NCBI GenBank assembly: GCA_038087875.1
Contig: CM075999.1
Coordinates: 3,722,001-3,786,000 of the forward strand
Direction: 5' to 3'
DNA from: Malacoraja senta
Lineage: Eukaryota
DNA length: 64,000 bases
Part shown: positions 13,119-41,600 of the stretch, in pieces
Layout: the number at the start of each line of letters is the position of its first letter
Numbering within the stretch: position 1 is the first letter of the stretch
The notes under the pieces: model-generated
Seen by the model: only the letters and a program-made list of their open reading frames with translations
Told to the model about the DNA's origin: nothing
The model's database searches: none
Position numbers and translations under genes: made by a program

Positions 13119-15032
13119 GTCATGTGTACCGAGGTACAGTGAAAAGCTTTTGTTGTGTGCTAACCAGTCAGCAGAAAGACAATACATGATTACAATCGAG
13201 CCATTGACAGTGTACAGATACAGGATAAGGGAATAACGTTTAGTGCAAGGTACATGGTTCAATAAGTAATGTTGCTGTAGGAGGAGAGATGTAAGAGTGT
13301 GGAATGGTTGTAATGTGTGATGTTAGATCTGCTTCTGGAGGGGATGGGTGTGTTTGGAAACACAAGAGACGGCAGTTACTGGAATCTGGAGCAAAAACCA
13401 AAGTGCTGGAGGAACTCGGGCAGCATCTGTGGAGGGAATGGACAGCTGACCTTTCATGTGAGGACCCTTCTTCAGATCCAACCTGAAACCTCACCTGGGT
13501 CATTCCTTCCAGGTACATGGATAGACATGGGCCAAACACAGGTAACTGGGACTAGCTTATTGGAGCATCTTGGTCAGCATGAACCATTGGGCCGAAGGGC
13601 CTGTTTCTGTGCTGTATGATTGCATGACTATTCCAAAGACTTTGTCAAAGGAGAAGGAAGGTGTTTAGGATGGAACTGCAGATGCTGGTTTACACTGAAG
13701 ATGGACACAAAATGCCGGAGTAACTCAGCGGGACAGGCAGCATCTCTGGGGAGAAGGAATGGGTGACTTTCGGGTCGAGACCTTTTTTCAGACGGTGGGG
13801 TTCAGGAAGGGGGATCCAGGAGGTAAACACTGGCAGCCACAGTTACTGGTTACATTCAGCCCATTCAGCCCATGCTAGTCCCCAGCAGAGACGCCTTCAG
13901 TCCCATTCCCCTGTACCCATTTAGGGGGTACCCTAGGTTTAGAGATACAGTGTGGGAAAATGGCCCATCGATTCCACGCCGACCAGCGATCACCACTATC
14001 CTACACACTAGGGACAATTTATAATCTTTATCGAAGCCAATGAAGCTAAATTGTTCGGTAAAGTGCCTCGCATTCCCATCACTTCCCTTTCATGCCGTTG
14101 TCACCCACCCCCAACTCCAGGGGTAATTCACAGCAACAGGAGGTCAGTGTTACTATTCTGTTGCCGGTACATCTGACCTTTGGACAACCTTGACTCTTGC
14201 CCCCCTGAGCCAGGTGTGTCAGTGCGGTTCAGAGGGAGACACAAGGACTGCTGCAATCTCCCAGTCCCACCAACCTCCCTACCATTGACTCCATCTACAC
14301 CTCACGCTGCCTCGGCAAGGCCAGCAGCATCATCAAGGACCAGTCTCACCCCGGCCACTCCCTCTTCTCCCCTCTCCCATCGGGCAAGAGGTACAGAAGT
14401 GTGAAAACGAACGCACACACCTCCAGATTCAGGGACAGTTTCTTCCCAGCTGTTTCTTCCCAGCTGTTTCTTCTCACCAACTGGAGAGCGGTCCTGACCT
14501 CCCATCAACCTCATTGGAGACCCTCGGAGTATCTTTAATTGGAGGTAGACACAAAATGCTGGAGTAACTCAGCGGAATAGGCAGCATATCTGGCAGAGGG
14601 AATGGGTGACGTTTCGATCGAGACCCTTGTTCGGACTTCACTTTGCACTAAAGGTTATTCCCTTTATCCTGTAGCTGTACACTGTGGACGCCTCGATTGA
14701 AATGATGTAATCTTTCCACTGACTGGATAGTGACAACAAACTTAAGTAAAGTAAAGCAACACAAAGTGCTGGAGGAACTCAGCGGGTCTGGCAGCATCTG
14801 TGTCCAGGCGATGTTTCGGGTCGGGACCTTCTCCAGTCTGCAGGGCTGCGACGGGCAGGTGGAAGGGCGTGGGCTAGGTGCGGCGGGACGGGCTGAACGG
14901 CCGCCTCCCCGGGGTGGGGGCGGGCACAGACATGGCCCGGATTGGCAGCCCGGTGTGTGAGGGAGCGCCGCCCCCGGGCAACCAGCGATCCGCGCCCGCC
15001 CCGCGGCGCCCACAACCCGGCAGTGAGAGGTG

Positions 15033-30908
<15,876 letters not shown>

Positions 30909-31181
30909 CTTTGTGTTGGCCACCCTCGGGCACCACAACCTACACCTCTTGCAACAGCCTGGAAGTAGTTACCTCAAAATCTCTGGGCAAATGCCAAACC
31001 GCAATGAGATGCCTTATAAAGTCTAAATTTGATTAGTATTCCTGCTTTAGTTGGACTGGTGAACGTCACACACTAGCTTGTCAACTCTACCGCCTCCTAT
31101 GGGACAATTTCCAAACTGGAGAATGGAAATGTGGTTATGCTGAAGCAATAAGTGACTCTTTACACCTCATATTCTTGCCTT

Positions 31182-31187
31182 AATAAA
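31182..31187 (+). terminator. Probable polyadenylation signal of paralogue A
   Basis: AATAAA about 275 nt after the stop, followed by GT-rich sequence (about 31217-31230). Confidence 0.6.
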
Positions 31188-31227
31188 TCATTGTGAAATC
31201 TTCCCCAAATTCAGCTCTGTGTGGTTT

Positions 31228-31365
31228 CTTCTTCTTGCGTATAGCGTGCGTAGCCTAAAGTTGTAGGACAACTTGTTCTATTTGATCTTATTTGATTGTG
31301 CACACCGGGTTGATTGCATTCGTCGAAACAAGGCGGACCACGCGAAGGTTGCAATCTCCCACCCC
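31228..31365 (-). mobile_element. Short non-autonomous retroposon, family 1, second copy
   Basis: Same 5' end, body and (AAG)n tail as 17394-17531; TSD TGTGTGGTTTCT at 31218-31229 and 31366-31377. Confidence 0.8.
31312..31365 (-). ncRNA. HDV/CPEB3-like self-cleaving ribozyme, minimal P4 (family 1, copy 2)
   Basis: Minus strand reads GGGGUGG-GA-GAUUGCA-ACC-UUCGCGU-GGU-CCGCCUU-GU-UUCG-A-CGAA-UGCAAUC: P3 perfect, P1 differences from copy 1 are G-U wobbles, putative catalytic C at 31322. Confidence 0.8.
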
Positions 31366-31464
31366 TGTGTGGTTTCTGTGTGGTTCTGTTTCCTCAATGG
31401 TGAATGATTGATTGATTTTTGATTGATTGATTGAAACTTTATTACCACAAATGATAGACACAAG

Positions 31465-31910
31465 ATGCTGGAGTAACTCAGCGGGTCAGGCAGCATCTGT
31501 GGAGAACATGGATAGGTGACGTTTCACAGAGTGCTGGAGTAACTCAGCGGGTCAGGCAGCATCTGTGGAGCGAAGGAAATGGGCAACCTTTCGGGCCAAA
31601 ACCCTGAAGGAAATAGGCAACGTTTCGGGCCGAAACCCGGAAGGGTTTCGGGCCGAAACGTTGCCTATTTCCTTCGCTCCATAGATGCTGCCGGAACATG
31701 GATAGGTGACGTTTCACAGAGTGCTGGAGTAACTCAGCGGGTCAGGCAGCATCTGTGGAGAACATGGATAGGTGACGTTTCACAGAGTGCTGGAGTAACT
31801 CAGCGGGTCAGGCAGCATCTGTGGAGAACATGGATAGGTGACGTTTCACAGAGTGCTGGAGTAACTCAGCGGGTCAGGCAGCATCTGTGGAGAACATGGA
31901 TAGGTGACGT
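31465..31910. repeat. 66-bp Penelope-derived tandem repeat array with palindromic cassette
   Basis: Unit CACAGAGTGCTGGAGTAACTCAGCGGGTCAGGCAGCATCTGTGGAGAACATGGATAGGTGACGTTT. Other arrays at about 726-855, 7120-7290, 18316-18700, 24990-25240, 40410-40596, 59592-60100 and 62666-62786. Confidence 0.9.
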
Positions 31911-32319
31911 GTGGGGTCAAGACACATTGGTCCTGACCAGAAACGTCACCTATCCATGTTCTCCAGAGATAGACACAAAACTCAGCGGGTCAAAGCATCT
32001 CTGGAGTGAAGGAATATGTGATGCTTCGGGTTGAGACTCTTCTTCAGACTGGGAGTCATGGGAGAGGGAAACAAGAGATATTAACGGTGACATAGGGAGA
32101 TATAGAAGAAATGAATGAAAGAAATGCAAAAAAGTAAAGATGATCACGGAAACGTGGAGCCCACAATGGTCCCTTGTTGGTTGTGGGCTCGGTGATAACG
32201 AGTTATACAGACAGTGAGACTCAAAAGGACGACAGTGAAACTAGGATGATCAGTGTGGGGGTGGGACTGAGATAGAGGGGATGCAAGGGCGGCTGAGTAC
32301 TCTGTTTCCCCACAGACTC

Positions 32320-32506
32320 TGCGATCCTCCGGCACTCGGCGCTTTGCTGCGGGCAGCGCCTGCAGTTCCCGGCGGGGCGGGATCGGCAACATGGGCGGAG
32401 CGGCCGCTGATTTGGCGGCGCGGTGATTACGCCGGGGTGACGGGACATTCACGTTGCGGCGGCGGGATGCGAGGCTGGATTGTTACGTTGCTCAGCTGCT
32501 TGGCAG
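32320..32506 (+). promoter_or_regulatory. CpG-island promoter of protease paralogue B
   Basis: CpG-rich stretch with GC boxes (32374-32381 and about 32393) upstream of the ATG at 32467. Confidence 0.6.
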
Positions 32507-32564
32507 GTAGTGGCGACCGGGACCGGCACAGGCACACCTGGGGGCAGGTAGTGGGGACCGGGAC

Positions 32565-32661
<97 letters not shown>

Positions 32662-35600
32662 CCTGGGGGCAGGTAGTGGGGACCGGGACCGGCACCGGCA
32701 CAGGCACACCTGGGGGCAGGTAGTGGGGACCGGGACCGGCACAGGCACACCTGGGGGCAGGTAGTGGGGACCGGGACCGGCACAGGCACACCTGGGGGCA
32801 GGTAGTGGCGACCGGGACCGGCACAGGCACACCTGGGGGCAGGTAGTGGGGACAGGCAGTGGGGACAGGCACAGGCACACCTGGGGGCAGGTAGTGGGGA
32901 CCGGGACCGGCACAGGCACACCTGGGGGCAGGTAGTTGGGGACCGGGACCGGCACAGGCACACCTGGGGGCAGGTAGTGGCGACCGGGACCGGCACAGGC
33001 ACACCTGGGGGCAGGTAGTGGGGACCGGGACACCGGGGAGGGGTGGGCAGGGATTGGGGACCGGGATACTGGGTTGGGGGTTGGGGGGCTGGACACTGGG
33101 ACCGACACCGAAACCGACACCAAGGAGACGGTGGGGGCAGGTAGCGGCACCAGCACCGGTATCGGGACACCGGGCAGAGTGTGGAAGAGCCGGCAGGTAG
33201 CGCAGGGCATCGGACAGGGGACGGGGAGCGGCGGAGCAGCGGGGTGGGTGGGTACGAGGTTTAGCGTACGGGTGCAGAGGGAGGCACTAAGGACAGGTGG
33301 TGGGCTGAGGAGAAGGGGGGGGGGGTGGACGAGGCCAGGTGAGGGGTGTAGTGTGAAGGGGTCACGAGTTCGTGGGGCGGGGGTGTTGGGGAGGAGAGGG
33401 GGAAGGGATCAGGTAGAGGGGCAGATGTGGGGCAGGGTAGATTCCCTCCAGGGATCTGCTAGGTTCATTATTGTCACCTGTACTGAGGTACAGGGAAAGT
33501 CTATTGTGTGTGTTATCCAGGCAGATCATCCCAATCACAAGTACAATGGCTAGTGCAAAATAAAAAATAATCGCAGTGTGGTGTGTAGTGTTACAGCTAC
33601 AGAGAAAGTGCAGATTTTTTTTTAAGTGCAAGGGTCGCAACGAGGTAGATTGGAGGCTGGGGGACTCGCATTGGCTAAAGCCTGAACATTCTGTCTGAAG
33701 ATAGTTCTTTCACTGTCAATACGTGATTTACGTTTTACCTGTTAAAATGAATATATTTGTGATTTTGGAGACCCAGGAGAGTGCAGATGTTTCTCTGGTA
33801 TTTAGTTTCCAACGTTACTGGCAAGTTTAGACTTGCTCGTCGTGTTCATGTCAATTATTATTTTTAAAAACACATTGAAACCAAATACTGATTGTAGCTG
33901 GGATTGTTCTGGCTTGTTATGCTATTGTGTTAGAAGGACATTTGTGTTGAGATTGTACGTTCTCTAGTGACTACATCAAAGACGGCCTTTCCCATGGCCA
34001 GTTACCAGAACCTGCCAACACCAGGGCTGGCTGGATTCCTGGCTGTCTCGGTGTTCACCCTCCATGCCCACACCTGTCCGTGCCTGGCCTTTGGAGGTAT
34101 CAGGGGGACAAACTGGACAGCAGCCACAATCATTGCTATCATAGAAACATAGAAAATAGGTGCAGGAGTAGGCCATTTGGCCCTTCGATTCATGGCTGAT
34201 CATCCAACTCAGTATCCTGTACCTGCCTTCTCTCCATAACCCCTGATCCCTTTAGCCACAAGGGCCACATCTAACTCCCTCTTAAATATAGCCAATGAAC
34301 TGGCCTCAACTACATTCTGTGGCAGAGAATTCCAGAGATTCACCACACTCTGTGTAAAAAATGTTTTTCTCATCTCAGTCCTAAAAGAATTCCCCTTTAT
34401 CCTTAAACTGTGACCCCTTGTTCTGGACTTCCCCAACATCGGGAACAATCTTCTTGCATCTAGCCTGTCCAACCCCTTAAGAATTTTGTAAGTTTCTATA
34501 AGATCCCCCCTCAATCTTATTATTGGTGCTCCACTCCCTTTCCTGCTGGACATATACAGGAAGAGATGTATCAGCAGAGCCATCTCCATCATCAAAGACC
34601 CCTACCACCTATCCCATCACATATTCTCCATCCTGCCATCTGGGAAGAGGTACCGGAGCATTAGGTGCAAAACCAGCAGGATGCTCCTCAGCTTCTTCCC
34701 GCAGGTTATAAGACTGATAAACGGACTTTGCCCCCTGCCAAAGTATCGTGCACCAACCACCAACCTGGACACACTGCAGCAGAGCCACTGTCGTGCCGCT
34801 GCCGATCGGAACGCCTGTTGATGTTTAGTAGAGTAGAGTTAATTTGTTCATGATATATGTATTTTTACTTCTATTTATTTTTTACTGCACATTGAAATGG
34901 ACACTGGTTGAGGAACGTTTTTTTGTTTCCACTGGGTATGCGAATACTCAGGAAATGACAATAAAGATATACAATACAATCTTCTAAATTCTAGCGAGTA
35001 CAAGCTGAGTCTATCCAGTCTTTCTTCATATGAAAGTCCTGAGATCCCAGGAATCAGTCTGGGATGTCAGGATCTTCTCTGTACTCCCTCAATGGCAAGA
35101 ATGTCCTTCCTCAGATTAGGAGACCAAAACTGTACGCAATACTCCAGGTGTGGTCTCACCAAGACCCTGTACAACTGCAGTAGAACCTCCCTGCTCCTAT
35201 ACTCAAATCCTTTTACTATGAATGCTAACACACCATTCGCTTTCTTCACTGCCTGCTGCACCTGCAGGCCTACTTTCAATGACTGGTGTACCATGCCACC
35301 CAGGTCTCGTTGCATCTCCCCTTTTCCTAATCGGCCACCATTCAGGTAATAGTCTACTTTCCTGTTTTTGCCACCAAAGTGGATAACCTCACATTTATCC
35401 ACATTATGCTGTATCTGCCATGCATTTGCCCACTCACCCAGCCTATCCAAGTCATCTTGCAGCCTCCTAGCACCCTCCTCACAGCTAACACTGCCCCCCA
35501 GCTTCGTGTCATCCGCAAACTTGGAGATGTTGCATTCAATTCCCTCGTCCAAATCATTAATATATATTGTAAATAGCTGGGGTCCCAGCACTGAGCCTTG

Positions 35601-38600
35601 GGGTACCCCACTAGTCACTGCCTGCCATTCTGAAAAGGACCCGTTTACTCCTACTCTTTGCTTCCTGTCTGCCAGCCAGTTCTCTATCCACATCAATACT
35701 GAACCTCCAATACCGTGTGCTTTAAGTTTGTATATTAATCTCTTATGTGGGACTTTGTCGAAAGCCTTCTGAAAGTCCAGATATAACACATCCACTGGTT
35801 CTCCCTTATCTAATCTACTAGTTACATCCTCGAAAAATTCTATAAGATTCGTCAGACATGATTTACCTTTCATAAATCCATGCTGACTTTGTCCAATGAT
35901 TTCACCATTTTCCAAATGTGCTGCTATCCCATCTTTAATAACTGACTCTAGCAGTTTCCTCACTACCAATGTTAGACTAACTGGTCTGTAATTCCCCGTT
36001 TTCTCTCTCCCTCCCTTTTTAAAAAGTGGGGTTACATTAGCTACCCTCCAATCCTCAGGAACTACTCCAGAATCTAAAGAGTTTTGAAAAATTATCACTA
36101 ATGCATCCACTATTTCTGGGGCTACTTCCTTAAGTACTCTGGGATGCAGCCTATCTGGCCCTGGGGATTTATCGGCCTTTAATCCATTCAATTTACCTAA
36201 CACCACTTCCCAGCTAACCTGGATTTCAGTTCCTCCATCTCATTTGGCCCCCGGTCCCCTGCTATTTCTGGCAGATTAATTAAGTCTTCCTTAGTGAAGA
36301 CAGAACCAAAGTAGTTATTCAATTGGTCTGCCATGTCCTTGTTCCCCATGATCAATTCACCTGTTTCTGACTGCAAGGGACCTACATTTGTTTTAACTAA
36401 TCTTTTTCTCTTCACATATCTATAAACACTTTTGCAGTCAGTTTTTATGTTCCCTGCCAGTTTTCTTTCATAATCTATTTTCCCTTTCCTAATTAAACCC
36501 TTTGTCCTCCTCTGCTTGACTCTGAATTTCTCCCAGTTCTCTGGTAGGCTGCTTTTTCTGGCTAATTTGTATGCTTCATCTTTTGTTTTGAAACTATCCC
36601 TGATTTCCCTTGTTATCCACGGATGCANNNNNNNNNNNNNNNNNNNNNNNNNNNNNNNNNNNNNNNNNNNNNNNNNNNNNNNNNNNNNNNNNNNNNNNNN
36701 NNNNNNNNNNNNNNNNNNNNNNNNNNNNNNNNNNNNNNNNNNNNNNNNNNNNNNNNNNNNNNNNNNNNNNNNNNNNNNNNNNNNNNNNNNNNNNNNNNNN
36801 NNNNNNNNNNNNNNNNNNNNNNNNNNNTGACGGTTGGTGGTTGCAGAATTGGCTACTTCAGTCAGTCACTGTGGTACAGTTTCTGTCGTCAGCATTGCCC
36901 GGGATGTGCCACGTGGAGGCTTCTGCTTACATCCCACTATGGCACTGTACAACTGCAGAAGGACCTCTTTGTACTTCCCCTTTTCCCAACTTGACACCAT
37001 TTAGATAATAATCTTTCTTCCTGTTTTTGCTACCAAAGTGGATAACCTGACATTTATCCACATTAAACTGCATCTGCCATGCAGTGCTGGAGTGACTCAG
37101 TGGGTCAGGCAGCTTCTCTGAAGAGCATGTTCTCCAGAGATGCTGCCTGACCTGCTGAGTTGCTCCAGCACTCTGTGCCTTTTTGCACACTAGTTCTATG
37201 TCATTTCCACTTTCTCATCCATTCCTTACAAACTAGGGGCAATTTACAATTAACCAACAAACTTGCACGTGTTTAGGATGTGGGAGGAAACCGGAGCATC
37301 CGGAGAAAACCCAAGCGGTCACAGAGAGAACGTACAAACTCCACACCGTCAGCACCCGTAGTCAGGATGGAACCCGGGTCTCTGGCGCTGTGCCACCCTG
37401 CGTCTGTGTGCTGGAGTTTGCTCGGCAAGCCTGTGTCATTGAAATATTTGGTGATCACACTGTAAATGTACATTTCTAATTGGAGTATTTGTTTTCAGCA
37501 GTGCTCGATGCCAAGCCTTGGAAGGTTCCTTCATTTGGGAACATTTACCATGTTTCAGGTACGGTGCGTGCTTTATAGACAACATGAGTTTTGCAAACAG
37601 CATTCCATTGTGTGAAAAAAGATAACATCGCACACAGAAGAGATTTCAGCAACCCTTTCCCACAAGTTTCTGGATTGAGAGAGAGAGGGAAAGCGTGGGA
37701 GTGCCGTGGAACTAGCTGGAGGAAGTGAGCGGAATGTTGCTGGTGCTCCCTGTATCCAGTCACTCGTCAGAGGTTGTTTCTAGTTTAGTTAGAAATACAG
37801 TGCGGGAACAGGCCCTTCGGCCCACCGAGTTCGTGCTGACCAGCGATCACCCCGTACACTAGTTTACTTTAGATGTACAGTGCAGAAACAGGCCCTTCAG
37901 CCCACTTTGCCTGCTCCAGGACTGTAATTCCCATACACTAACACTATCCTACACTCACGAGAACCAATTTACAATCACACCAGGCCAATTAGCCTACAAA
38001 CCTTTGTGTCTTTGGAGTGTGGAAGGAAACCCGAGCACCCGGAGAAAACCCATGTGGGTCACGGGGAAAACATACAAACTCCTGCAGTCAAGATTGAACC
38101 CGGGTCTCTGTGCCACCCCACCAAATGGTTTCTGACAACCATTCTGTTTCACAATATGAAATGTATTATACAGATTTGGGTGGCCAGAATATGCTGGATA
38201 TTGGTGATTTTATTTGGTTGTCAGTTATTCCTTGGTTGCATACATTATCTGACGGGTACAGTGACGGCTTGGGAGGAAGGTTCAAACCGTGGCTGGGACT
38301 AAGTGCCAGTGTGTGAGGATGAGCTGCCATTGGGCGTTTAGAACACAATGAATGAAAATCAGTTGAACCGTCACCTATCCATGTTCTCCACAGATGCTGC
38401 CTGACCCGCTGAGTTACTCCAGTATTTTGTGTCTTTTTTTTTGTGTAAACCAGCATCTAGAGTTCCTTGTTTCACGATGAAAGTTCCAGCATGTGTCAGA
38501 TTTGTATTCCTATCAAAATGCCCTTTCACTTTTGGGGAAAAAGAGGACAAATTGTTGGAGTAACTCAGTGGGTCAGGCAACATCCCTAGAGAAAGAACAT

Positions 38601-41600
38601 GGATAGTTACTCCCGCACTTTGCCTTCTTTTCGTCAACCAGCATCTGCAGTTCCTTGCGTCTCATTTCACATTTGAGGTTGGATGGAATAGTTTTCCTGT
38701 CTATCCTGATCTCCAGAGCTGATGGTGACCTGAGGGAGGTGATTAGCTGAAATGGAGTCACTGTAAAGCGTGGAACCTTGAGCAAAACACAAAGTGGTGA
38801 GGAACCCAGCTGTTCAAGCAGCATCTGCGGAAGCAATGGACAGACAACGTTTCGTGGTGGGACCCTTCTTCAGACAGGTTAGAGTTTGGGGGGAGCATTG
38901 ATTTAGGAAGGAGAGTCAGAAGTTAAATAATGTGCTTGTGGAGTGATTGTTAGGTAAAGATTTGAATTTGGAACGACCTGAACTTATGGTTGACCCAATG
39001 AATTCAATCCACCTGCAAAATATTCAAGACTGCAGGTGGAATAACGTGTCGAAGTGACAGCAGGGAAGAATAAATTGGTCTCGTTCAGCTTTTTCCCCTC
39101 ACCCAGTAGTTCAATCGGTGTTACGAAGGTCCAACCCGAAACGTCGTCTGTCCATTCCCTCCACAGATGCTGCCTGACCCACAGAGTTCCTCCAGCACTT
39201 TGTGTTTTGACTGTCTAAGGTACTGGGGCATGATGGGACAGGACGGGGCAGAGAGGTTGAGGTACCGCGCAGTTGGGGGCTATGCGTGAGTGGATAGGGC
39301 GGGGGATGGGGGGAAAGGAGCAAATTAATAATAATATAATATCAAGGAGGGGTGGTGTGTGTGTGTGTGTGGGGGGTGGGGTTAGTTGTGTGTCACATTG
39401 GAATAAGATAAGGTCATATGATCTAGGAGCAGAATTAGGCCATTCGGCCCATCAGGTCTACTCTGCCATTCAATCATGGCTGATCTTTCTCTCCCTCTCA
39501 ACCCCATTGTCCTGCCTTCTCCCCATAACCCTGACACCCGTACTAATTAACCTGATTACCGCAAGATGGTGATAACATTGGAATAAGGTTGTGTAACTTT
39601 GTATGCGTTTCAATAGTCCATACATTGTTTTAATCTTCGTTAAAACAATGGGTTTTGAATAGTTGCATAATGATACAATCGTGCTGCAAGAACTTCATGT
39701 TTGTGTCTGTCATCGTTTTTTTTGCTCACTTGAGCATGACTACACAATGGAAATATGTGTGTAATGATTAAGACATCTGCAGTTCAATGGAACTGAGTCA
39801 GTGTTTGCCAATGAACTGTGTAGGATTCTGGTTTAAACCGAAAACAGACACAAAAAGCTGGGGTATCCTGCTGAGTTACTCCAGCTTTTTGTGTATGTCT
39901 TTGCCAATGAACTGCAAATGTTGGACATTTGACAGGAAGACAGAGAACGCTGGACACAATCCAACAGGGTTAAGGATATTCAATCCTCAGAATTAATAAC
40001 TCACTCCACAAAATCTGAGATACAGACTAAAATTTGCTCTCAGAATTTGTGGTGGAAAAAAGTACTGGCACGTTCGTTTCTCAGGATATGAGGAACTGCA
40101 GATGCTGGTTTTACAAAAAAAAGACACAAGGTGCTGGAGTAACTAAATGCTGGAGCTACACCAGAACTTTGTGTCTTTATTTCTTATTTCAAGTCACCTG
40201 ACACGTGCTTAGATGAGGCGTCTTCACGTTAGATGCAATAAGGACTGTTTACTGGGAACGTGACATCACCCACATCCTCCAATGCAAGGTCTCCCTTATC
40301 TGTGGAATGAGAAACAGTTAATGTTTCAAATTGAAGACTCTTCATCATGACTGAGGGAGGAGCTGTCAGCATCTGTATCCAACTCTGCTTCCTGGCATAG
40401 ACACAATAAGGCGGAGTAACTCAGCGGGTCAGGCAGCATCTGTGGAGAACATGGATAGGTGACGTTTCACAGAGTGCTGGAGTAACTCAGCAGGTCAGGC
40501 AGCATCTGTGGAGAACATGGATAGGTGACGTTTCACAGAGTGCTGGAGTAACTCATCGGGTCAGGCAGCATCTGTGGAGAACATGGATAGGTGATGTTTG
40601 GGTTCGAGACGTTTCCCGTGTGAAGAAACATTTGGGGAATATCTTTGGTTTAAACCAGAATCTGCAGTTCCTTCCCACACACACACCCTCTAAACCTTTC
40701 CAATCCATATAACCATCTAAATGTTATGAATAAATTGTTGAGAATGTCTTTCAAGGGTGTTTTTTGCTCAGGATTCCAACATCTGCCGTCTCAGGAGATT
40801 TTGCCGTGTTTGGTTTTGTCGCATCTGTATCCAACTCTGCTTCCTGACAGTTTCCCTTGCAACTGACTTAGCGGGTGAATCCCGTTAGGCTGAGTGGGAT
40901 GAGAAGTAAGGTCATAAGGAATAGGAGCAGAATTAGGCCATTCGACCCATCAAGTCGATTCTGCCATTCAATCTCGGCTGATCTATCTCTCCCTCCTAAC
41001 CCCATTCTCCTGCCTTCTCCCCATAACCACTGACACCAGTACTCATTAAGAATCTATCTATTTCTGCCTTAAAAATATGCCCTGAAGTAGCGGGTGATGT
41101 TAAAGCAGTTTGGAATCGGAACTGTCTCGGCAGCGAGAGTATGACCAGGGCTTAGCTCTGCAACGAGACCCATGTCGCACTGTCATGTGAGGCTTGATGT
41201 GAAACAGCAGAGTGGTTCCAACAGCTGCCCGTCACCATTGACCTTCACTGCTAACATTGCAAAACAGACTGTGATAGTGTAGATGTGATCCTTAACGTTC
41301 CTTTGTCAGCAGGGAATTATCAGAGAAGATTTGCTGGACTGATTTATTAGCCCTGCGCAGAGGACCCTGAAGATGTGTGGGGGGGGGGGGGGGGGGTACA
41401 ATGTACATGGTACATTATTCCAAGTGGAGAATTAAGTATTTTGCAGAAGGCTGTGGAGGCCAAGTCAATGGATATATTTAAGGCGGAGATTGACAGATTA
41501 TTGATTAGTACGGCTGTCAGGGGTTATGGGGAGAAGGCAGGAGAATGGGGTTAGGAGGGAGAGATAGATCAGCTATGATTGAATGGCAGAATAGGCTTGA

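Noticed and set aside
31465..31910. CRISPR-like appearance of the 66-bp arrays
   Set aside because: Units are contiguous with no unique spacers, there are no cas genes and the DNA is vertebrate.
32427..33210. Cys/Pro-rich ORFs of about 250 aa
   Set aside because: Translations of the minisatellite.
35067..36206. 379-aa reverse transcriptase as a host or retron-type gene
   Set aside because: Ordinary CR1 ORF2 fragment, frameshifted upstream and interrupted downstream.
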